Of a stretch of 64,000 bases of DNA, positions 57,290 to 64,000 are shown in pieces; positions within the stretch are counted from its first letter, which is position 1; every line of letters starts with the position of its first letter. The translations under genes and the position numbers were made by a program. This DNA comes from Bacilli bacterium. GTDB taxonomy: Bacteria > Bacillota_I > Bacilli_A > RFN20 > CAG-826. The DNA is taken from positions 20,217 through 84,216 of the forward strand of contig JAKSUL010000002.1 in NCBI GenBank assembly GCA_024409055.1, read 5' to 3'. The notes under the pieces are model-generated. The model saw only the letters and a program-made list of their open reading frames with translations. It was not told where the DNA came from and searched no databases.

Positions 57290-58572
57290 TATTTGTTACC
57301 TCCGGTGATTTCGACCAAGATTTCATCTTCCGTGTAGTACTTAGCGGTTGTATAAGTCCTTAACTTGTTAGAACAGGTGATTGTCGGCACTTTTCCGGCA
57401 AGTGGGTTGTTCATATACATAAGCGGGCAAATATAAGACAAGATTACGCCCGTATTCTTAAGTCTTTCGTAATTTGGGGTCGACTTGAACTTCTCTATTA
57501 CATCAGGCGCGGCGGTGAAGACGGTAGGAATGCTAACTTTCTTCAATCCTTTTTCTTTTAAACGAGCCTCGACGCGGTCGGTCCAGGAGTTAAGCTGAGC
57601 AAGAGACAAGTGCGGGCATCCGATGAAGCAAAGCTTAGGGGTCGCGTCTTTCTTTTTCCAAACAACGGGATAGTTCTTGTAGACCCTTTCAAGCTCAGCG
57701 TCGTCGATGACGTAAACCTGAGCGTTCTCCAAGATCAAATCTCTACCATATTTAACGGCTTCCGGCGTGATGTTTTCGATGTGGTATAAACCAACCGCAC
57801 CATTGCTGGCCGTCGCGGCGCCGAAGTCTTTTAAGTAGGCTTTCGCGTTATCGTCCAATTGGCCCAAATACTTGTCTAAGCCGATGACATAAGGAACATC
57901 CTCGACGACCTTCATGCCGATGGCGGAGCCCAAAAGCTGAGCTTCCGGTTTTTTGCTCGTCTTAATTTCGACGATCCACTTCGCTTTGCGGCCTTCGTCT
58001 TTTAGTAGTCCAAAGGAAGGAACGTAACCAACGATGGAACCCATGATGTCGATGATGCCGGAGTTGCGGTTACATCTAGCGCCTAAAACGGAGTTGGCGT
58101 AAACGACGGCACTGCTTTCGCTCCAAGACAAGACATCGCCGAATTTCGGAGTGTTTCCGACTTCGTCCATATAACAAGTGCACGTGAATGCGTTTTTGTT
58201 CAACAAACCTAATTTTTCAAGTTGGGCTTCATACTGCTCTTGCTTTGAATACATGAAGTTTTTGAAGATGAATTTTTCCAAAAGGTTCGCTGGAACATTC
58301 GGATCTAATGGGCGCGGATCACAAGTGAACTTTTGTTCGCTTAAAGCACCGGCTTCGATCAGTTCGTCCAAAAGGTCATAAACCGCAGTTAAAGCCTTTA
58401 GGCCGAAGGATGTGACAAGGTGATTGTAGGATGAGGTGATTTTTTCCATAGAATCAGCCCCAAAGAGTTCACCGTATCTGATCATGGTCTCCATGACCTT
58501 GGCCTTGGTTTCGCCCTGTTTACCTTCAAGAATCTCTTTTTGTTCTTGGGTCAATTTCATTTTGTATTCCAT
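57289..58572 (-). CDS. Aconitase X catalytic domain protein (DUF521)
   Basis: TCTCY, WSESSAVVYANSVLGARCNR, IGCPH, CP. Confidence 0.85.
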   Translation of the reverse strand: MEYKMKLTQEQKEILEGKQGETKAKVMETMIRYGELFGADSMEKITSSYNHLVTSFGLKALTAVYDLLDELIEAGALSEQKFTCDPRPLDPNVPANLLEKFIFKNFMYSKQEQYEAQLEKLGLLNKNAFTCTCYMDEVGNTPKFGDVLSWSESSAVVYANSVLGARCNRNSGIIDIMGSIVGYVPSFGLLKDEGRKAKWIVEIKTSKKPEAQLLGSAIGMKVVEDVPYVIGLDKYLGQLDDNAKAYLKDFGAATASNGAVGLYHIENITPEAVKYGRDLILENAQVYVIDDAELERVYKNYPVVWKKKDATPKLCFIGCPHLSLAQLNSWTDRVEARLKEKGLKKVSIPTVFTAAPDVIEKFKSTPNYERLKNTGVILSYICPLMYMNNPLAGKVPTITCSNKLRTYTTAKYYTEDEILVEITGGNK

Positions 58573-58582
58573 ATTTTTTCCT

Positions 58583-60640
58583 TTAAATCTTCATTGCGAC
58601 TTCGTAGGCTCTCCAAATAACCGTCCTTAAGTTGCCGACGCTTAAACAGTCGCCAACCAAATAGACATTCTTTCCTTTTTCAACAAGTGGCGTTGGAATG
58701 TATCCAGCGGAGGAGATGACTGAATCGCAAGGAACTTCGAACGTCTTACCTTCTTTATTGGCGCAGACGATCTTACCGTCTTGGACTTCTTTCAAGGATG
58801 TCTCCAAATAGACCGGTACTTTTTTCCAAGCAAACCATTCTCTTAAATAAGAGGAGTTAGCCAAGCAAACGCCTTTTTGAGCCACCAAATCATCTTTCAT
58901 CTCGACAATTGAAACATCATGTCCTTTCAAAGCGAGTTCATAAGCGACTTCGCAACCCGTGAGGCCACCACCGATAACGGCGACGTTTTTACCCACTTCT
59001 TTTTCTCCGAGGAGATATTCGCAGGCCTCAACCATCTTTTCGTTTCCGGGGACATTCTTAAGGACGCGAGCCTTGCTGCCCGTCGCGACGATGACGGGGT
59101 AACCTTTGAATTCGTCTAAAGACGTGACTGTTGTATTGAGTCTAACTTCAATGCCGAGCTTTTCGATTTCCCTGATATACCAGGCTAATAGCTCCCTTAA
59201 TCTGCCTTTATAAGATTCACTCGAAGCGGCGATGAATGTGCCGCCTAATCTATCGCCCTTTTCAAGGATAACCGGCTTATGGCCTCTTAGCGCCAATACA
59301 CGAGCGGCTTCCATACCGCCGATGCCACCGCCGACGACATAAACGGTCTTTGCCTTTTTGGCTTTCTTGATGTTGTGTTTGTTCCACTGCATCATTTCGG
59401 CGTTGACCGCGCATCTAGACAAATGGAGCGAATCGCTTAGCTCTTGATCGTTCGGCACGCCTTTGTAGTGACACATATTGAAGCATCCGCTATGGCAAAG
59501 AATGCATGGCCTGATGTCTTCTTTTCTATCTTCCAATACTTTGGTGAACCACTCTGGGTCGGCCAGCCAATTACGAGCGAACCCAACGCCGTCAAGTTCG
59601 CCATTTTTAATGGCTTCGGCACCAGCTTCAAGAGTCATGCGACCAGCGCACACAACCGGTATGTCGACGAATTTCTTGATATGCTTTACATCTTCCAAGT
59701 TGCAGTTTTCCGGCATATAGACCGGCGGGTGAGCCCAGTACCAGGCATCGTAAGTGCCGTTATCGCAGTTAAGCATGTCGTAGCCGGCTTCTTGCAAATA
59801 TTTGGCTGCGATTTCACTTTCGGCCATGTCTCTTCCGACTTCGACGAATTCTTCGCCCGGAAGAGCGCCTTCTCTCATGCCTTTTGTTTTGGAAACGACC
59901 GAATACCTTAGCGAGACCGGGAATTCTTTTCCACAGGCTTTCTTGATCGCTTTGACAATCTCGGCCGCGAACCTATATCTGTTTTCCAAAGATCCGCCAT
60001 ATTCATCAGTTCTCTTATTAACGTATTTAAGGGTGAACTGGTCTAACAGATAGCCTTCGTGAACGGCGTGAACTTCAACGCCATCGACTCCAGCGTCTTT
60101 TAACTGTTTTGCCGTTTTAGCAAAGCTATCGATGAAATATTGAATTTCTTTTTTGGTCATTTCCCTAGAAGGAAGTTTGTCTGACCACCTATTCGGAGCC
60201 GGGCTAGCCGAGGCTGTGATTTTGTCGAAATTCATAACGGGTTTCGACAAGACTCGGAGGACTTTGTTGTTATGGAGTTTCTCCATCATCTCGCTAACCG
60301 TGAACGAACGCCCGAATCCAGCAGTCAATTGAACGAACAACTTGGCTCCTGTCTTGTGAAATTCTGGCATCCACTTGGCAAGATCCTTGTACATCTTTTT
60401 CTTCCTATGGAGCCACTGCCCGAGCATTGGGTTATAAACGGGTTGGCAGCCAGGAAGCACTAAACCGCAGTTGTTCTTAGCAACCTCCATGATGAACTTG
60501 GCCCCATCTTTATCGAAATGGTTGATTTCCATCCAACCGAAAAGATTGGTGCCACCCATAGACGTCAAGACGATGCGATTCTTAATTTCGACATCGCCGA
60601 TCTTCCATGGGGTTAATAAAATTTCTAAGTTTTTCTCCAT
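58583..60640 (-). CDS. Fe-S/FAD-containing Old Yellow Enzyme (2-enoate reductase-like)
   Basis: HAVHEGYLLDQF, CILCHSGC...C Fe-S motif, two Rossmann motifs; start MEKNLE. Confidence 0.88.
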   Translation of the reverse strand: MEKNLEILLTPWKIGDVEIKNRIVLTSMGGTNLFGWMEINHFDKDGAKFIMEVAKNNCGLVLPGCQPVYNPMLGQWLHRKKKMYKDLAKWMPEFHKTGAKLFVQLTAGFGRSFTVSEMMEKLHNNKVLRVLSKPVMNFDKITASASPAPNRWSDKLPSREMTKKEIQYFIDSFAKTAKQLKDAGVDGVEVHAVHEGYLLDQFTLKYVNKRTDEYGGSLENRYRFAAEIVKAIKKACGKEFPVSLRYSVVSKTKGMREGALPGEEFVEVGRDMAESEIAAKYLQEAGYDMLNCDNGTYDAWYWAHPPVYMPENCNLEDVKHIKKFVDIPVVCAGRMTLEAGAEAIKNGELDGVGFARNWLADPEWFTKVLEDRKEDIRPCILCHSGCFNMCHYKGVPNDQELSDSLHLSRCAVNAEMMQWNKHNIKKAKKAKTVYVVGGGIGGMEAARVLALRGHKPVILEKGDRLGGTFIAASSESYKGRLRELLAWYIREIEKLGIEVRLNTTVTSLDEFKGYPVIVATGSKARVLKNVPGNEKMVEACEYLLGEKEVGKNVAVIGGGLTGCEVAYELALKGHDVSIVEMKDDLVAQKGVCLANSSYLREWFAWKKVPVYLETSLKEVQDGKIVCANKEGKTFEVPCDSVISSAGYIPTPLVEKGKNVYLVGDCLSVGNLRTVIWRAYEVAMKI

Positions 60641-60793
60641 ACACGCTCCTTTCAACGCGTTAAAAAGTTAAAACCATGATTTTATGTTTTTTCCTTGATC
60701 CTTAATTTATCACAACGCGCGCATATATGTTAGGTTTTATCGATTTTTGCTAGTCACAAACGAAGAGAAAAATCTTTAAGCGTATAAAAGAAA

Positions 60794-60823
60794 AAAGCTT
60801 CGACGTTTATTTGTCGAAGCTTT
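60794..60823. terminator. Intrinsic terminator after tRNA-Thr
   Basis: AAAGCTTCGAC-8 nt-GTCGAAGCTTT perfect 11-bp stem. Confidence 0.8.
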
Positions 60824-60832
60824 GCTTTCAGG

Positions 60833-60908
60833 TGGTGCCTTCTGTCGGACTCGAACCAACCACCTACGCATTACAAGTGCGTTGCTCTACCGGATGAGCT
60901 AAGAAGGC
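60833..60908 (-). tRNA. tRNA-Thr (anticodon TGT)
   Basis: GCCTTCT acceptor stem, CTTGTAA loop, GGTTCGAGTCC, encoded CCA. Confidence 0.95.
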
Positions 60909-60912
60909 GTCA

Positions 60913-60987
60913 TGGTGGGTGCTAGGGGTTTCGAACCCTTGACCTCTTCCGTGTGAAGGAAGCGCTCTCCCACTGAGCTAAGCACCC
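60913..60987 (-). tRNA. tRNA-Val (anticodon CAC)
   Basis: GGGTGCT acceptor stem, TTCACAC loop, GGTTCGAAACC, encoded CCA. Confidence 0.93.
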
Positions 60988-61073
60988 TCACGGGCTGTGA
61001 TATTCTAACGCTTATTTAAGCAATTGAGAAGAAAAGAAAACCCCACTTTTTTCGTGGGGTATCTTTTTCGATT

Positions 61074-61150
61074 TGGTGGGCCTTAATGGGCTTGAACCAT
61101 CGACCTTGCGCTTATCAAGCGCACGCTCTAACCAACTGAGCTAAAGGCCC
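61074..61150 (-). tRNA. tRNA-Ile (anticodon GAT)
   Basis: GGGCCTT acceptor stem, TTGATAA loop, GGTTCAAGCCC, encoded CCA. Confidence 0.95.
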
Positions 61151-61262
61151 ATTGCCTAAATCGGCTTACATAATATATACCTATCCCGTCAAGGGTGCAA
61201 CAACCAAAAAAAGAAAAACCCAGAGGCATAACCTCTGGGCTTGTTGACATTCCAACAAACGA

Positions 61263-61652
61263 TTAACGTTTGGAGAACTGCGGAGCGCGACGAGCGGCTT
61301 TGAGACCGTATTTCTTACGCTCTTTGACGCGGGCATTGCGGGTGAGCATGCCAGCAACTTTGAGGGCCTTGCGATCTTCGCCAGCTTCGAGAAGGGCGCG
61401 GGCAAGTCCAAGACGGATGGCACCGGCTTGTCCGGTGAATCCACCACCTTTGACCTCGGCGGTGACGTCGTATTTCTTTTCGGCGGCAACGAGGGCTAAA
61501 GGTTGGGCAAGGTCGGTGACGAGGGTGGTGTACGGCATGTATTCGTTGACGGGACGTCCGTTAACGACGATGTTGCCTTTACCAGCTTTGATGTAGACAC
61601 GGGCGACGGAGGATTTTCTCCTACCAGTTCCGTAATACTGTTCTTTGGCCAT
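61263..61652 (-). CDS. rpsI: 30S ribosomal protein S9
   Basis: [29 protein letters not shown]. Confidence 0.99.
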   Translation of the reverse strand: MAKEQYYGTGRRKSSVARVYIKAGKGNIVVNGRPVNEYMPYTTLVTDLAQPLALVAAEKKYDVTAEVKGGGFTGQAGAIRLGLARALLEAGEDRKALKVAGMLTRNARVKERKKYGLKAARRAPQFSKR

Positions 61653-61663
61653 TGTGATTCTCC

Positions 61664-62104
61664 TTATTTGCTGAGATCGAGCGGAGCCGGCTTCTGGGCT
61701 TCCTGCTCATACTTTTCGTCGGCGTAGACGAAGAGTTTGGCAACGATGTCGCGGCCAAGAGGTCCCTTTGGAACCATTCCCCAGACGGCCCTCTGGACCA
61801 TTTCTTCGGGGAATTCTCTCTTCATGACACCAGCGGAACGGGTACGAAGTCCGCCATTGTATTGGCTGACGTTGTAGTAGTTCTTCTTGTGTTCGGCGTC
61901 TCCGGTGAGTTTCACCTTGGAGGCGTTGATGACGACCACATAGTCTCCGCAATCAACGTTGGGGGTATAGGTCGGTTTGTTTTTTCCCATGAGGATGACC
62001 GCGATTTTGCTGGCGAGTCTTCCAAGCGGGATATCAGTGGCGTCCACCAAGTACCAATTGCGTTTGAGCTCGGCGGGTTTAGCCATCGTCGTTTGACGCT
62101 GCAT
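61664..62104 (-). CDS. rplM: 50S ribosomal protein L13
   Basis: WYLVDA...[21 protein letters not shown]. Confidence 0.99.
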   Translation of the reverse strand: MQRQTTMAKPAELKRNWYLVDATDIPLGRLASKIAVILMGKNKPTYTPNVDCGDYVVVINASKVKLTGDAEHKKNYYNVSQYNGGLRTRSAGVMKREFPEEMVQRAVWGMVPKGPLGRDIVAKLFVYADEKYEQEAQKPAPLDLSK

Positions 62105-62191
62105 AATTTTCTCCTTTTGTCGTTTTTTAGCGACTTTTTTGTCTTAATAAACTTTACCGGGGTTTACTAGTTCAAAGTAGTGCCGAGCGAT

Positions 62192-62220
62192 ATTATGCTA
62201 ATGCATAGGGTCGATGTCAA
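62192..62220 (-). promoter_or_regulatory. Sigma-A promoter of rplM-rpsI
   Basis: Minus strand TTGACA-17 bp-CATAAT. Confidence 0.75.
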
Positions 62221-62290
62221 AGAAAATCGTTTCCTTAAGGAAATATAGATAAAAGAAAAAGCCGGATTCCTTTCGATTCCGGCTCACTTT

Positions 62291-62536
62291 TTATCGATCG
62301 GATTCTTCGTCTGAAGAATGGCTATGTTCGAACTCGCGATTGGCGATCCAGAGCTCGATTTGGGCGCGATTATAAGTTCCGTGCCTCTTATCGTCCCAAA
62401 GGACTTTGTATTTCATCTTGCCAAAGAGGCCTTTCTTGATTTCGGTTATCTCGCCCTTGATACGACGATGACCATAGGTCTCATCTTCGAAATAGCGATA
62501 CAGCCTTTGACCAACTTCAATTTTGATTTCTTCCAT
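62291..62536 (-). CDS. Small hypothetical protein (possibly SH3/Tudor-like)
   Basis: 81-aa ORF with its own flanking hairpins; beta-rich pattern with KYKVLWDD. Confidence 0.55.
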   Translation of the reverse strand: MEEIKIEVGQRLYRYFEDETYGHRRIKGEITEIKKGLFGKMKYKVLWDDKRHGTYNRAQIELWIANREFEHSHSSDEESDR

Positions 62537-62629
62537 GTTTTGCAGTCCTTTTTGCTATTCCAATTTTACTTGTCTAACAAACGTTAGTCCACAAGAAAAC
62601 CCTCGTGGTTAGCGAGGGCTTCTTGCTAA

Positions 62630-63337
62630 TTAGATATTCTCGACGTTGTGATAGACGGCCTGGACGTCTTCGACTTCATCAAGTTCGGCCAACATGGCTT
62701 TGAATTTGACGACGTCTTCGTCCGGGATAGTGACCCATTCGTTCGGGACCATCGTGGTCTCGGCGGTGTCGAAATCGGTGATTCCCATTTCTTTGAGGGC
62801 GTCTTTGGCTTTCTCAAGATCGTTCGGGGCAACGGTGACTTCGGTGTATCCGTCTTCGACGTTGACGCTCTGGACGTCGACGTCAGCAAGGATCAAAGCT
62901 TCTTCGATGGCTTCTTTATCTCCGCCTTCGAATCCGATGAGGCCAAGGAAATTGAAATTGTAAGCGACGGTGCCCATCTTGCCACCCTTGCGGGTAACAG
63001 CGGTACGGACGCCGACTAAAGCGCGGTTGACGTTGTCGGTGAGAGTATCGACGATGACATAGCTTCCGCCTGGGCCGAAGAATTCATAGCGGCCGGACTG
63101 CAAGTTGACGGCATCTCCGCTTCCCTTAGCCTTCTCAATGGCTCTTTCGATAACGTCCTTCGGGCAGGTCTTGCGGTATTTTTCGATCGCGCTCCTAAGA
63201 GCAAGGTTGCTAGCCGGATCCGGGGTTCCGGATTTGGCGGCGGCGTAAATTTCTTTACTCGCCCTCATGTAAGCCGCGGATTTAGCTTTGGCGCTGGCGG
63301 CCATGGCGGCGGCTCTAACTTCAAAATGTCTTCCCAT
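62630..63337 (-). CDS. YebC/PmpR family protein
   Basis: DPASNLALR, YEFFGPGG..VIVDTLTDNVNR, DVQAVYHN. Confidence 0.93.
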   Translation of the reverse strand: MGRHFEVRAAAMAASAKAKSAAYMRASKEIYAAAKSGTPDPASNLALRSAIEKYRKTCPKDVIERAIEKAKGSGDAVNLQSGRYEFFGPGGSYVIVDTLTDNVNRALVGVRTAVTRKGGKMGTVAYNFNFLGLIGFEGGDKEAIEEALILADVDVQSVNVEDGYTEVTVAPNDLEKAKDALKEMGITDFDTAETTMVPNEWVTIPDEDVVKFKAMLAELDEVEDVQAVYHNVENI

Positions 63338-63416
63338 TTGAATTGTCTCCTGTTTTTGCGTGTCCTATTCTACGCTCGATAATATCGAGAAGAAATATTT
63401 AGTTTCTATTTTTTGT

Positions 63417-64000
63417 TTATAAATCAAGTTTTTCGACGATTTTGAGGCCAAAATCCTTAGCCATTTGGTACATATCGTCATAATTCATTTCGTCCAAATG
63501 GACGGGGTTATGAGCATCCATTCCGAAGATGACTTCACACCCGTATTCAGCCGCTATTTTCCAAAACGGAGGATATGGATAGCTGGGGATCATTTTGCCT
63601 TCATATGGCATATTGGCGCTGCCGGGTCTATGACGGCCGCCGTTTATCTCAAGGGGGACGTGATATTCGGAAGCTGCTTTGCAGATCATCCTCGCGGCTT
63701 CGATAGCAGTGTCATCCCACTTCTTCCACCACTCCATAAACATGTCGGGGTGGCACACGTATTTGAATAGACCGGTTTTTATGCCTTTGACCATATCTTG
63801 CGCGCTTTCAAGAAGCCCGCCTCTACCGCCTGGAACATGGACGTAAAAGTAAATTTTCCCATCGATCATGTGGCAGTGTTGTCCCATGATGAGGTATTCG
63901 ACCTTTTTCGTTTCAAGAAGATATTTGTAATAATCGAGATATTCGGGCATATATTCACATTCAAAACCGATATGGATCTCGATTTGATCCTTATATTTCT
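63417..64000 (-). CDS. PHP family (histidinol-phosphatase-like) hydrolase; 5'-partial
   Basis: Frame stays open to the window edge (KYKDQIEIHIGFECEY); GQH, CHPD, EIN and GMDAH motifs. Confidence 0.8.
   Translation of the reverse strand, partial: KYKDQIEIHIGFECEYMPEYLDYYKYLLETKKVEYLIMGQHCHMIDGKIYFYVHVPGGRGGLLESAQDMVKGIKTGLFKYVCHPDMFMEWWKKWDDTAIEAARMICKAASEYHVPLEINGGRHRPGSANMPYEGKMIPSYPYPPFWKIAAEYGCEVIFGMDAHNPVHLDEMNYDDMYQMAKDFGLKIVEKLDL

Noticed and set aside
56843-58572. Archaeal-type modified mevalonate pathway
   Set aside because: No UbiD/UbiX or other mevalonate genes nearby, and ispF indicates the MEP pathway
58583-60640. Bilirubin reductase BilR or bile-acid BaiCD/BaiH assignment
   Set aside because: The active-site segment is HAVHEGY, not the HGDR motif of BilR, and no bai genes are adjacent
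1-64000. CRISPR array, rRNA operon, IS transposase, integrase or prophage structural module
   Set aside because: No regularly spaced direct repeats and no matching ORFs were seen by eye or in the ORF track

Overview
Chromosomal segment of a low-GC Gram-positive (Bacilli) bacterium. Gene order and reduced content point to an uncultured Erysipelotrichales/Mollicutes-adjacent gut lineage (inference). The genetic code is 11, since ispF ends in TGA. Most of the window is minus-strand housekeeping: argS, ispF, ychF, fhs, tcdA-miaA-miaB, ymdB-rny, recA, pgsA, RNase P RNA, divIVA/gpsB, recU, nth, dnaD, cca, hup, der, cmk, FMN riboswitch-ribU, rsmG-mnmG, sufCDSUB, hit, yhaM, recX, glycolipid genes, rarA, four tRNAs, rplM-rpsI and yebC. 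Best leads: (1) an unexplained, highly structured ~325-nt RNA at 47149-47476 with its own -10 box, a U-tract end and five GGAUG copies, upstream of a RhuM-Fic gene; (2) a ~4.75-kb integrase-less island at tRNA-Leu carrying XRE + ImmA/IrrE, DUF4417, stand-alone polymorphic-toxin tips with immunity genes (one tip has an L27-type Prp protease cleavage motif) and a RelB-VbhA hybrid antitoxin/Fic pair; (3) a MiaB-RicA(YmcA/YlbF) fusion in the rny operon; (4) an aconitase X + enoate-reductase operon suggesting an uncharacterised dehydration-reduction pathway; (5) a structured RNA upstream of rny, a truncated CCA enzyme, a missing ponA next to recU, and recurrent intergenic purine-pyrimidine tracts. 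No CRISPR array, rRNA gene, transposase or integrase was found. All family assignments come from motif recognition by eye; no searches were run.
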